This document shows, piece by piece, positions 18,623-27,636 of a DNA stretch of 51,713 nucleotides. The stretch comes from a virus (lineage: Duplodnaviria; Caudoviricetes). The notes under the pieces were generated by a model that made no database searches, was not told the origin of the DNA, and worked only from the letters and a program-made list of their open reading frames with translations. The stretch is taken from positions 1-51,713 of IMG/VR virus record IMGVR_UViG_3300034980_000806; one strand, given 5' to 3'. The first letter of the stretch is position 1, and the number at the start of each line of letters is the position of its first letter. Made by a program: the position numbers and the translations under genes.

Positions 18623-19699
18623 TTACTGGAGCCGCTCACGCAGCTCGTCGAGGGTGAGGAATTTCCCACGCTCGTTGTAGAAGTCTTCGAGCTTCAGCTT
18701 GTCCTGCCGCAGCAGCTTCCCGCGCTCCGGGCCGAGGATCTCGTCCTGGCGGGCGGCTGACTGCCTACCAAGCCATTGCGCGTAGGTTGTCTGCTGCGGC
18801 ACCTGGCCATCCATGCTTGCCCGTGTTGCCGTATCGCTGATTCCCAGTGCCAAGGCACTCTTGAGGATTGGGATCTTGGTCGATCGGCAGCAAAAGTGGA
18901 TGCGGCCTGGCCCGGCAAGCCACGGGATCTTGTGCCCGATGGGCTGATACGTGCCCAGCGTGTACGGCAGCCTGTCCCTGATACGGCAAGTGGTTGAGGT
19001 CCGGCTGTCCAGGGTGCTCAACCACTCAACGTGGCTGATGATGTCGCTGTTGGCTTCGAAAGCCCGGTCACTGGCTGTCTCGGCGGTGTGCGACACGGCA
19101 GAACGGACAACCGACTCGACCTCGCGCCGTGAACGCTGTATCAGCCCATCGGCGTACTTCTCGGCCCGGGTACCCATGATCGTTCGCACGATCTCGGGAG
19201 TTGTCTGGCCATTCACCACGCCAGCGCGCACAGCGTTGCGAATCAGCGCCTTTCGGTCTGCCTCGATGCCATCCATCCATTCGGAGAGCAGTCGCCCCTG
19301 GAATGGCCTGGCTGCGGCCTGTGCCCTCACCTGGCTGAACTGCGCCACCTGAATCGGGAACTTGGCCTGCACCAGGGCGGGCACGATCGATTCGAACAGA
19401 CTCTGCTGGAACGCGATCTCGTAGGTGGCCACGCCATCGGCCAGCGCGGTCATGGCCTGGCGAACCTGGGCGAAGGTTTCGCTGTTCAGCTGGTTGACCC
19501 GGAACAGCGCGGCATCCACGGCCGAAGCGCTAAGGTCTGTACCCAGCGCCTCGACGGCAGACACCAAAGCCGCACGCAGCTCAGCGTCGTTACCGTTCAG
19601 GATCTTGATGATCGCGACTACTTGGGCATTGCTCAACCTGGACAGGTCGACCTCATGCCCAATCAGCTCGTCAATCAGCTTCTCGTTTGCCGTCTTCAT
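18623..19699 (-). CDS. Minor head protein (SPP1 gp7/Mu F-like)
   Basis: WLSTLDSRTSTTCR and HFCCRS motifs. Confidence 0.85.
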   Translation of the reverse strand: MKTANEKLIDELIGHEVDLSRLSNAQVVAIIKILNGNDAELRAALVSAVEALGTDLSASAVDAALFRVNQLNSETFAQVRQAMTALADGVATYEIAFQQSLFESIVPALVQAKFPIQVAQFSQVRAQAAARPFQGRLLSEWMDGIEADRKALIRNAVRAGVVNGQTTPEIVRTIMGTRAEKYADGLIQRSRREVESVVRSAVSHTAETASDRAFEANSDIISHVEWLSTLDSRTSTTCRIRDRLPYTLGTYQPIGHKIPWLAGPGRIHFCCRSTKIPILKSALALGISDTATRASMDGQVPQQTTYAQWLGRQSAARQDEILGPERGKLLRQDKLKLEDFYNERGKFLTLDELRERLQ

Positions 19700-21078
19700 C
19701 AGATCGCCCCAAGCGCTGGGCCTTGGGAGTCAATCTTGGCCAGCTCTTCCGCCCAGTCGTATTCGTCGCTGATCACTCCGCGGCGCTGCATCTCGGCGAA
19801 CAGGGTCTCTTTCGAGATCATCCCGGCGTTGGCCATGGACACCAGGGTCGGCAGCGATAATTCTGGCATGTAGTCGACGTCGAAGTTGCCGCGCATCTCG
19901 ACGCTGCCGCCATCACTCAGGCCGCGATACTCGGCCATGTACTGGAGCAGTTGACCAAGGCAGTCGGCGAACTGGTGCGCCATGCGCGCCAGCGGGGAAA
20001 GCTCCTGAGCGGCCTCTTCTTCGGCCTGGGTGGCGGTCTTCGTCGTGGACTTGTCCGGGGTGAGCAGCTTGGCGCCGGCCATGCGCATCTCATCCAGCAA
20101 GTCCTGAAGCGCAGTGCGCCCGGACTCGACGGCCTTGCCGGTGTGCTCGACGTACTTGAGGTCGCCGTCCTTGGGCAGGTCGGTCAGCGAGCCGGTGCCC
20201 ACCTTGAACTCAGGCGGTACCGGCTTTCCTTGGTTGTCGTACAGCGGCTGCACGCCGATGCGCGCCAGGATCGGAACCCGAATGACGTGCAGGATGTTGT
20301 CCTGGTCGCTCTGGCTCTGCCAGTGCTTGACGTTCAAGTGGGCCAGCTCGAGCAGTGGCGGCTTGGCCGTCATAAAGCCTGTGCGGCCGGTGTAGAAGGT
20401 GACCAGGGGAATGTGGTCCAGGCTGGTGACGCCTTCCTCATGGATTGCCCAGGCGCCACCCTTTTTAGGTGCGCGATACGTCCACCAAAGCCCAGGCTCA
20501 AGAACCCGAATCTGTAGCACGCTCTTAACCCCGAACTCTCCGTGCTCCTCTTCGATCATTTCGAGGTAGCGGAAGTGGGTTAGGACTCCCCCGCTGGACT
20601 TCCAGCCAATGACTTGCTCAGGCTTCACCAACACGACATAGGGGCGAACGCCAGAGGCCTTCTCTTCTGCCCGCGTGCGCCCAGCCTGCACAGCCGGGTG
20701 ATCAACCAGCGCATGGCACAGACCATGGCTCAGGCCGCTGCGGAAGAACTCTACGGCCCAGTTGTTCAGGTCATTGCCAGCCAGGTCGATGTCGACGGCC
20801 ATTTCGGCAATCTCTGGCGGCACGTCATCGCCAACCTGCAGCGGCTCGGCGAATACGCGAGAGGTCATGTTGCCGACCGTCTCGGAATAGGCCGGGAGCA
20901 GCGTGGACTGGGCCAGTCGGTCCTTGTAGACGTCTTCGTCCTCAGCTGGATACCGGGGCAGCAGCTTTTGTCCAGCAGCCCGCATCGCCAGCGTTCCGCC
21001 CATGAGCGGCGAAATCACCGCCCAGTATCGGCGCATCTCGTCGACAGCTGGCAGGGTGAAGCTCGGGTTATCGCTCAT
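19699..21078 (-). CDS. Portal protein (DUF4055-type)
   Basis: GGT.AMRAAG..LP, PPLLELAHLN..HWQ motifs; follows terminase. Confidence 0.85.
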   Translation of the reverse strand: MSDNPSFTLPAVDEMRRYWAVISPLMGGTLAMRAAGQKLLPRYPAEDEDVYKDRLAQSTLLPAYSETVGNMTSRVFAEPLQVGDDVPPEIAEMAVDIDLAGNDLNNWAVEFFRSGLSHGLCHALVDHPAVQAGRTRAEEKASGVRPYVVLVKPEQVIGWKSSGGVLTHFRYLEMIEEEHGEFGVKSVLQIRVLEPGLWWTYRAPKKGGAWAIHEEGVTSLDHIPLVTFYTGRTGFMTAKPPLLELAHLNVKHWQSQSDQDNILHVIRVPILARIGVQPLYDNQGKPVPPEFKVGTGSLTDLPKDGDLKYVEHTGKAVESGRTALQDLLDEMRMAGAKLLTPDKSTTKTATQAEEEAAQELSPLARMAHQFADCLGQLLQYMAEYRGLSDGGSVEMRGNFDVDYMPELSLPTLVSMANAGMISKETLFAEMQRRGVISDEYDWAEELAKIDSQGPALGAI

Positions 21079-21080
21079 GC

Positions 21081-22400
21081 TTACATTCTCAGGGATTGGG
21101 TCGTGGTCATGTCCACGTTGATCGGGTAGCGCTTGGCAATGAAGTAGCCGGCGGCGTCGTTCATGTGGTCATGACCCTTCTTCGGGTCTTTGTCCGGATC
21201 GCCGTGCTTGTCGTAGGTCTGACGCTCAAGGCACAGCGTCAGCTGTGGGCACTGGTCCATGTTGACCTTAAGTCGGCGCTCTCCGTAGCTGTTCAGCAGC
21301 ATGGCGTTGACCGAGTTCACCCGGTCTTTGACGCTCGGGTTCTGCGTGTCCACGATCACCGTGAATCCAGCTTTGCGCAGCAGGGACAGGTCAGACTCGC
21401 TGGCGTTCTTGCTGCTGGTGTTCTGGCCGCTGGCATCGGGGTAGACCGCGATACCGTGCCCAGGGAAGCGCGCCTTGATCTTCTCGATCATCTCCGGCGT
21501 GTCGCGCACCGAGTGGAACTCATCCAGGGCCAGGGGCAGGCCATCGCGAACGACATAGACCACTGCGGCCATCTTCATGACGTTGAAGTCCATGCCGATG
21601 TGCAGGGCCTCGCCAGGCTTGATGCGCTCGCTGGTGCGGCTCTCGCTGCGGCTGAAGGTGTAGTAGACGACACCGGCATAGTTCTCGAAGCTGGCCTCGT
21701 ACTCCTGCCGGAAGGTGCGCGGGTCCATCTTGCGGCGCGCCGCATCCAGCTCCTCAGCCGGGACGTTGCCGCCCTGCAGCGAGGTGTAGAGCCAGCTCTT
21801 GTGGTCAGGCTCGCCGTCTGGCTGACCATCACGGTAGGTGTCGAAGCAGTGGTTGAAGCCCTTGGGGGTGCCGATACGTAACGCATGGCCGCCCTTGCAC
21901 TTGCCGACACCAGGTATCACGTACTCGCAGGTCGACAGCATCGGACGCAGGACTTCTTCCCAGGCCGCCCACTTGCAGTCCGCCCATTCGTCCACCAGAA
22001 CGAAGAAGAGGCCGGAGCCGCGCAGGTCGTCGTAGTTCTCCAGGCCCACGCAGCGGATCAGGTGTCCGCTCTTAAGCGTGATCAGCATGTCTGACTCGTT
22101 CGGCTTGCAGTCCCGCCACTCTCGGGGGATAGCCTGCTTCAGTCGGCGCCAGAACACCCGGCGGGCCTGCTTTTGCGTCGGGGCCGCGTACCAGATCTCA
22201 TCCTCTACGCTCACGCCCCACTCTGCAGCCAGGCGGGCCGCACGGCGCATCTCAGCCTTGCCGAGGAAGGTCTTGCCGAACCGGCGACCGCACACCGCGT
22301 CACGGAAGCGCGCGTTACGCTGGAAGCCCCACACGTAGATGTTCGCCTGCTTTGGCGTCAGCTTGACCGGCGCCTCATAGGTACGGGGTAGCGGGGACAT
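21081..22400 (-). CDS. Terminase large subunit
   Basis: CGRRFGKT Walker A, VLVDE Walker B, GTPKG, GMDFN, DHMNDA nuclease motifs; start taken at MSPLP. Confidence 0.95.
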   Translation of the reverse strand: MSPLPRTYEAPVKLTPKQANIYVWGFQRNARFRDAVCGRRFGKTFLGKAEMRRAARLAAEWGVSVEDEIWYAAPTQKQARRVFWRRLKQAIPREWRDCKPNESDMLITLKSGHLIRCVGLENYDDLRGSGLFFVLVDEWADCKWAAWEEVLRPMLSTCEYVIPGVGKCKGGHALRIGTPKGFNHCFDTYRDGQPDGEPDHKSWLYTSLQGGNVPAEELDAARRKMDPRTFRQEYEASFENYAGVVYYTFSRSESRTSERIKPGEALHIGMDFNVMKMAAVVYVVRDGLPLALDEFHSVRDTPEMIEKIKARFPGHGIAVYPDASGQNTSSKNASESDLSLLRKAGFTVIVDTQNPSVKDRVNSVNAMLLNSYGERRLKVNMDQCPQLTLCLERQTYDKHGDPDKDPKKGHDHMNDAAGYFIAKRYPINVDMTTTQSLRM

Positions 22401-22851
22401 TCTCATCAGGCTCCAGCTTGTACTCAGCAACGGCGTGCTGCTGGTCCGCCTGGGAGCCCAGGGGTTTTTCGGGTTCGAGTTTGCGGTTCACATATACATC
22501 ACCGACCTCTTTGGCCGCCTGCTCCAGCAACTGGGCGGTCAGGGCCATGTTCTTCATGTTCTCGGCCCTCTCGGCCATTCGCCCCAGCACACGAAGCCGA
22601 AACGCTCGGTTGGCGATCGGTATCTCAGCCGTCTCCTCGCGGAAGCGCTTGCGGGTGTCTTCGAACAGGGTTACCCAGCGCTTGGCCAGGTCACGCCCAG
22701 CACGCTTGGTCGGGTCGTGCGCCTCACACTTCTGCCGGGTAACCTCAAGGCCGAATTCTTCTCGGACGGCTGCCGCGACTTGCGAGGGGGTATCGAAACA
22801 GGCCAGGGCCTGAACGATGAAGGCTTTCACCTCGTTGCTCAGGGCCGCCAT
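22375..22851 (-). CDS. Terminase small subunit (DUF2280-type)
   Basis: FIVQALACFDTPSQV HTH; IPIANRAFRL; overlaps TerL. Confidence 0.8.
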   Translation of the reverse strand: MAALSNEVKAFIVQALACFDTPSQVAAAVREEFGLEVTRQKCEAHDPTKRAGRDLAKRWVTLFEDTRKRFREETAEIPIANRAFRLRVLGRMAERAENMKNMALTAQLLEQAAKEVGDVYVNRKLEPEKPLGSQADQQHAVAEYKLEPDENVPATPYL

Positions 22852-22882
22852 AGGTTTTCATCCGTCGTGGGTCTGTCAGGGG

Positions 22883-23506
22883 TCAGGCAGACTTGAGCAG
22901 ACAGGTTCCGCAGGCCCTCGAAATGTTGATCTTGGCCACCTCAGGCGGCCGGCTTGCAGCGTCGATCAGCTGCTGTACGTCGTGGCTGGCACCGTAGCGG
23001 CGAACCACACCGACGAACTCCTCCACATCGTGGCCACGCAGCGTCAGGCTGGGCAGCCCGTCCTGGGTGAACTTCGGCGCGCCGTACTGATCGAGCTTCT
23101 GGGCAATGTGGTACAGCTCATGTTCGATGAGGGCGCAGAACTCGGTGTCGGAGCACTGGGAGCAGTAATCCGCAGCGAGGGTGATGACGAAGCCCGGCAC
23201 CTCGCCGAACCAGTCGATCATCTGCTGCTCTTGCCTGGCCTTCTGCCACCCGCCAGTTCGAAACATCACAGCCTCGGCCTGGCCTACCACGGTTCGACCT
23301 TGCTTCTCGAAGCAGGCAGACGCCCACAGGAAGCGTAGCGGCGCGTCGATCAGGTGCGCGTGGTCAGGGTTGTGCAGCTCGCCACTCTCGCTGAGGATCG
23401 CTGCCTGTACCCATTCGCCCACCTCGGGCGCTGGCTGAAGCCTGGTTCCGAGCATCGATAGCTCGGTCAGCTCAAGGAGATCAGCCGGAGGAACTGGCCT
23501 TTCCAT
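22883..23506 (-). CDS. Phage putative metallopeptidase
   Basis: LIEHELYHI and HDVEEF motifs; start may be 23506 or 23515. Confidence 0.8.
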   Translation of the reverse strand: MERPVPPADLLELTELSMLGTRLQPAPEVGEWVQAAILSESGELHNPDHAHLIDAPLRFLWASACFEKQGRTVVGQAEAVMFRTGGWQKARQEQQMIDWFGEVPGFVITLAADYCSQCSDTEFCALIEHELYHIAQKLDQYGAPKFTQDGLPSLTLRGHDVEEFVGVVRRYGASHDVQQLIDAASRPPEVAKINISRACGTCLLKSA

Positions 23507-23933
23507 GCTGGTCAATCCTCATAGTCCGAACCTTGCCGCCGGTGTAAATATCCCGCTTCATCGCGGCGCGCACAGCCTCTTCGGCACTTGCGCCCATGTC
23601 CATTGCTGCCAGGGCATAGGCCGAGCCGCTGCCGATCGCGTCAGGGTTGGCCGGGTCGAGGTCCTGCCGCCATACGCCGGTCTTGTCGTCATGGCCTACC
23701 ATCTGCAGCCTGCCGCCATCCACCACGTAGCCCGAGCACTCGACAGGCACCGGCGATGGCGTGCCGAAGTAGGCCGCAATCAGGGCCTTCTCGTCACACA
23801 CGGCACCGGATAGGAAGAAGCTGACGCCATCCACGACGGTGAGCTTTTGGCAATCATCGGAAACGATGGAGCCACTGCGGGTCTGGCGGGAGTCGTAGGC
23901 AATCACGCCATCCTTGTAGGCGATGGTGGTCAT
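23481..23933 (-). CDS. Proteasome-beta/HslV-like Ntn hydrolase
   Basis: N-terminal M-T-T, DSR, K near position 30, AIGSGS and DIYTGG motifs. Confidence 0.75.
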   Translation of the reverse strand: MTTIAYKDGVIAYDSRQTRSGSIVSDDCQKLTVVDGVSFFLSGAVCDEKALIAAYFGTPSPVPVECSGYVVDGGRLQMVGHDDKTGVWRQDLDPANPDAIGSGSAYALAAMDMGASAEEAVRAAMKRDIYTGGKVRTMRIDQHGKASSSG

Positions 23934-24094
23934 TCAGGATGAACCTCGATCTTGATGCCGCGCCCTACCCAGTAGCTGATACGCTCCGGGCATGGTTCGC
24001 GACCGGTAATCTGTGCAACGGCGAGGATGCCGGCCAGGTAGCATTTGAGCCACCAGCGATGGCGGAAAACGATGCGTGCGGATACCGATGCCAT
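23930..24094 (-). CDS. Small hypothetical protein (54 aa, MASVSARIVF...)
   Basis: Open frame whose stop overlaps next start (ATGA). Confidence 0.55.
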   Translation of the reverse strand: MASVSARIVFRHRWWLKCYLAGILAVAQITGREPCPERISYWVGRGIKIEVHPE

Positions 24095-24143
24095 ATCACT
24101 GCCCTGGCGCCTCTGAACGGCGCATAACGACCTTTGAGATTGG

Positions 24144-24434
24144 CTAGACGCCCTTACGACTCATCCCATAGCCATCGACCATGGGGGTGCTGAGGCGCTG
24201 ACCAGAGATAACCTCGCCCAGGCTCAGCCCATGGCGCGAACGGCTGGACTCGATTCCATCGGCCTGATCCTTGGCGACCAGAGCATCAGCCACCAGATCT
24301 GCCTGTTGGCCGTTATCGAACTCCCCCACCGCTACGGATGAGGCACCTTGGGCGCCGCCCTCGCTTGCGCCGTCAAGGGCATAGCGGGTAACGATGTAGC
24401 GGGTAACCGGGCGAACTTGGCATTCGGTCTTCAT
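24144..24434 (-). CDS. Hypothetical protein
   Basis: Start MKTECQVRPVTRY after GGAG RBS. Confidence 0.6.
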   Translation of the reverse strand: MKTECQVRPVTRYIVTRYALDGASEGGAQGASSVAVGEFDNGQQADLVADALVAKDQADGIESSRSRHGLSLGEVISGQRLSTPMVDGYGMSRKGV

Positions 24435-24471
24435 GGGGATTCTCCGGCCTGCGCACAGGCTGAGTTGATGG

Positions 24472-24508
24472 CGCGCCACGAAACGGCGCATCTCGATTTT
24501 GTGGCGCT
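24472..24508. repeat. 37-bp inverted repeat, copy 2
   Basis: CGCGCCACGAAA-N13-TTTTGTGGCGCT. Confidence 0.85.
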
Positions 24509-24510
24509 GG

Positions 24511-24843
24511 CTATTCAGCCTTGCGGCTGGGCAACTTGAAATCGGTAACGCGGTCGGCAATGTTGCGCACCTTCTCGACACCGAGGAAGCCGACCCATCC
24601 ACCTACGAACGTGGACATGCTCTGCGGCAGGCCGAAGAACTCCAGGCCGCTGATGATCGTCAGGGTCAGGCCGCCGCAGATCGCACCCTCGACCAGCATC
24701 TGGCGACGGGTGCCACCTCCGTAGGTGATTCGCAGAACAGCCATGGCGCAGGAAAGGCCTGCCGCGTACAGGAGGGGCGAATGCTGGCTCAACCACGCAA
24801 GAGCAATCGCCCAGGTGTCTGGTTTGTCTGGCATGTTGGACAT
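24511..24843 (-). CDS. Holin (lambda S-like)
   Basis: Three hydrophobic segments, GGWVGFLGVEK motif, basic C-terminus. Confidence 0.85.
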   Translation of the reverse strand: MSNMPDKPDTWAIALAWLSQHSPLLYAAGLSCAMAVLRITYGGGTRRQMLVEGAICGGLTLTIISGLEFFGLPQSMSTFVGGWVGFLGVEKVRNIADRVTDFKLPSRKAE

Positions 24844-24935
24844 ACTCGATATCCCCTGAGGGGCGGCAATAAGAAAAGGCCCGGTAAGACCCTATTGAGG
24901 GCCGGGCAAACGTGCGGAGCAGCACATAACGAAAT

Positions 24936-25009
24936 TGGAGCGGGCAGAGGGAATCGAACCCTTCTCTGCTCAGCTTGGAAGGCTGGCGGCAAACCTTCTG
25001 CTTGCCCGC
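24936..25009 (-). tRNA. Degenerate tRNA-Gly (TCC), possibly pseudo-tRNA
   Basis: Acceptor GCGGGCA/TGCCCGC + TCCA; anticodon loop CT-TCC-AA; GGTTCGATTCC T-loop; aberrant D-arm. Confidence 0.7.
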
Positions 25010-25065
25010 TTTGTGTGGGTCTTTCCCCACCTGTCAGCCGAAGACCATCCCAGCGCTGGCACCCA

Positions 25066-25212
25066 AACTGCACCAGTCTCGCCGATCAAGTCTCGCGCCA
25101 CCCACCAGCACAGTGAGGGAATGGATGCGCGGGCTGCCGGTGTTTTTCCGTACACCACACTACCGGCTAGCAGTGTCCAGGCGTTCCCGTTAGGGCTGCC
25201 CTGGCTGCAGTT
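25066..25212 (-). ncRNA. Putative structured RNA in late leader
   Basis: Closing helix AACTGCA(g)CCAG/CTGGTGCAGTT with nested helices. Confidence 0.4.
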
Positions 25213-25215
25213 GCG

Positions 25216-25455
25216 TCAGGAAGCTGGGGAGATGTCCACGTAGTAGGCCTTGCCAACCTCAAGCTTCTCGGCTACCTCGGTGACGATCCCGGCGCGGAAG
25301 TGGCCATATGGCGTGTACTTCCCGTAGATCGAATCCTCGGTGGCGGGGTCGCTGGAGTAGACGGCGCCGAACTGGACAGTGCAGAGCTGGCCCTGGCTGT
25401 GTTCGTTCGGGGTCACTTCGTGGCAGATCATTTTGCAGCGCATGCGATTGAGCAT
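25216..25455 (-). CDS. Hypothetical protein
   Basis: GGAG RBS; first gene after late promoter. Confidence 0.7.
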   Translation of the reverse strand: MLNRMRCKMICHEVTPNEHSQGQLCTVQFGAVYSSDPATEDSIYGKYTPYGHFRAGIVTEVAEKLEVGKAYYVDISPAS

Positions 25456-25559
25456 AATTGGCTCTCCAGGTGAAGCAGGTTGGCCTATCAGTCTTTCGCC
25501 TGCTGGAAACGAAAATCCCGGCGCTCGGCCGGGACTCTTGAGGCCCTCATGGGGCCAAT

Positions 25560-25586
25560 AAAAAACCCGGCACTTGGCCGGGCTTT
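25560..25586 (-). terminator. tR'-like terminator
   Basis: CCCGGC-caagt-GCCGGG-T6, about 45 nt after the late promoter. Confidence 0.75.
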
Positions 25587-25629
25587 AGTGGTCACTCCTC
25601 AACTAGCGCAGGAATGACAGGATGGGTGA

Positions 25630-25658
25630 ATATTCGGCGAAGCGGCATGTCATGTCAA
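25630..25658 (-). promoter_or_regulatory. Late promoter (pR'-like)
   Basis: Perfect TTGACA right after Q-like stop, 17 nt, GAATAT. Confidence 0.6.
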
Positions 25659-25663
25659 GCGAT

Positions 25664-26335
25664 CTATGCGGCGTCCTGGTCATCGAACAAAACACCCTCC
25701 TTGCTCAGGATCTCGCCTGCCTCCACCAGCGCTTCATCCACCATCTTGTCCAGCCCCTTGAAGATTTTGCGGCGCCAGTCTCGGCGGGTGCGCTCTGGAT
25801 TCCCATCGAGATCCCAGGTGTTCATGTCGTAGTTGTGCGCGGGCAGAATGATCACCCCTTCGCACGGCGCTTCCTGGCGCTGCTTCAGCTTTGTGTTGAT
25901 GACCTGCTGGGCTTTCGCAACGGCGGCCTTTCGCCAAGCAGGGGCATCGTCGTCAACCTCGAGCATCACCTTTTGCGAGGCCGGTCGCTCAGCGCCCCCG
26001 AGCTGCGGGTAGGCCCACGCGGTCACCGCCTTGGTTAGGAACAGCCTCGGCGCCGGCGAGGTCACATGCGCGACGATTCGGCCTATGGCCCCAACCTTGG
26101 AAGCCATGTGCGTCGAGTAGCGCGCATTCAGGGCCAGCCAATGCTTTTGGTCCAGACAGGAATGCAGCCTCCCGAACACCCAGCAGTCGGTGAGGAATGC
26201 CGCATCCTTGCCGACGATCTCGCCCTTCAGCTTGCTGGACTGCACCTTTGGGGTGTAGTCACAGCCGCCAGCGCTGTTGATCGTCTCGGATGCCAGCGCT
26301 CGAATTACTGCGGAAATCACGTCCCGATAGATCAT
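25664..26335 (-). CDS. Late antiterminator/regulator (Q-like)
   Basis: Start MIYRDVIS; after ninG and before pR'/tR'; C-terminal ERTRRDWR HTH-like. Confidence 0.65.
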   Translation of the reverse strand: MIYRDVISAVIRALASETINSAGGCDYTPKVQSSKLKGEIVGKDAAFLTDCWVFGRLHSCLDQKHWLALNARYSTHMASKVGAIGRIVAHVTSPAPRLFLTKAVTAWAYPQLGGAERPASQKVMLEVDDDAPAWRKAAVAKAQQVINTKLKQRQEAPCEGVIILPAHNYDMNTWDLDGNPERTRRDWRRKIFKGLDKMVDEALVEAGEILSKEGVLFDDQDAA

Positions 26336-26478
26336 TGCCCACCCCCTGCCCGCTTGGCCTTGCTCAAAATGAATTCTTCGTAGTTGCGCTTGCGGCGCAC
26401 TGCCCCAGCCCAGGACAGCGACACACCACCCACCACCATGAGGGTGGCCAAAATCAGGAATCCCCATGCTGGTGTCAT
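26332..26478 (-). CDS. Small membrane protein (48 aa, MTPAWGFLIL...)
   Basis: ATGA overlaps at both ends; one TM helix then RRKR. Confidence 0.6.
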   Translation of the reverse strand: MTPAWGFLILATLMVVGGVSLSWAGAVRRKRNYEEFILSKAKRAGGGQ

Positions 26479-27080
26479 GCTGCTGCCCTCCGTAGGTCTT
26501 TGAGTTTTTGCCTGTACAGGGCCTTGATGGCCTGCAGGTCTTCGATGGTCAGGCGCTGGGGCTTATGAGGCCCTTCGAGCCAATCAACCTGGTCGGCTCC
26601 GATGCGCTTCACCAACCGGATGCGGTACTCGACCGCGTTCCCCGACAGGTTCCGGTTGCACTTCACGCACTGGCGGTGGACGTTGAGCGGCTCGAAGCGC
26701 AGCTCCGGGCAGGCGCCCACCGACCGGTAATGGCCGGCATCCCAGCGACTGCCGGTGATGAGGTCGTGGTCGCTCGGCAGTGAGTCGCAGCTGATGCACG
26801 GCAGGCCGGCGTCACGCTCGCGGATGTAGGCATTGAACGCCGTCTGCGCTTCGGCCATGTGCTCGCGGCGGGTCTTCAGCTTCTCTCGGCGCTCCTGCAG
26901 TTCTTGGCGGGCCTGCTTGGTGATCGCCTTGGCCGCAATCTTCTGCACCTTTGAATCCTTCGACATGGCCAGCGCACAGGCAATGCTGCACACCTTCTGC
27001 GTCGTCATAGATGGCTTGAAGCGCTGGCCGCAACCGGGCGCCTTGCACTTCTTCGGCTTGATCTCCTTGGCGAGCATCAC
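26475..27080 (-). CDS. ninG: NinG/Rap recombination endonuclease
   Basis: FNAYIRERD, CISC, DAGHYRSVG, NVHRQCVKCN motifs. Confidence 0.9.
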   Translation of the reverse strand: MMLAKEIKPKKCKAPGCGQRFKPSMTTQKVCSIACALAMSKDSKVQKIAAKAITKQARQELQERREKLKTRREHMAEAQTAFNAYIRERDAGLPCISCDSLPSDHDLITGSRWDAGHYRSVGACPELRFEPLNVHRQCVKCNRNLSGNAVEYRIRLVKRIGADQVDWLEGPHKPQRLTIEDLQAIKALYRQKLKDLRRAAA

Positions 27081-27172
27081 TTTCCCCCCATTAGCAGGCC
27101 GATCATGCAGGCGATGACGGCAGCGAAAGGCTCACCGGTGAGCGCCAATATCAGAGCGATGATCCAGATCAT
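27077..27172 (-). CDS. Small hydrophobic protein (31 aa, MIWIIALILA...)
   Basis: Coupled by overlaps to ninB and ninG. Confidence 0.5.
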   Translation of the reverse strand: MIWIIALILALTGEPFAAVIACMIGLLMGGK

Positions 27173-27636
27173 GCCGCTGCCTCCCACTGCTCAAGCATCT
27201 GCCCTTTGGGCTCGCTCCAGCGCACGCCGCGCTCGGCGCCGAACACGTACATGCACTCGATCACATCGCCCAGCTCAGCTACGGACATGCGCCGGGTACT
27301 GACGCCCAGCATGACGACGCCTCCGTTGATGCCAGAGGCCATGCGCACCTCCTGGCGGGCTGCCGCGGTCATCAGCGCCTTCCAGTCCTCGCTGTCGAGC
27401 TTCTGCATGACGCCGTTCACCGGCCATTCAACCTGGCGGGCGATGTCGGCCAACATGGCCCAGAGCTTCGCGTTCTGCTCCAGGGTTCGGCGGGACTTCA
27501 CCGGGCGGACGATGATTTCAATAGCCCCAGACACGGCAAGCTCGGTGGCGAACAGGTAGGCCAGCCGGAACACGTCACGGACGCGGCTCGGGCCGGACGA
27601 CCAGAAGTGCCGAGGTTTTGCGATGACGTCAGTCAT
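27169..27636 (-). CDS. ninB: NinB/Orf recombination protein
   Basis: RTLEQNAKLWAML.DIA.Q and FGAERGVRW motifs; start MTDVIAK. Confidence 0.9.
   Translation of the reverse strand: MTDVIAKPRHFWSSGPSRVRDVFRLAYLFATELAVSGAIEIIVRPVKSRRTLEQNAKLWAMLADIARQVEWPVNGVMQKLDSEDWKALMTAAARQEVRMASGINGGVVMLGVSTRRMSVAELGDVIECMYVFGAERGVRWSEPKGQMLEQWEAAA

Noticed and set aside
5570-22338. Long plus-strand ORFs (e.g. 5570-6952, 13782-14867, 17162-18505)
   Set aside because: Antisense shadows of GC-rich, codon-biased structural genes; no motifs or RBS
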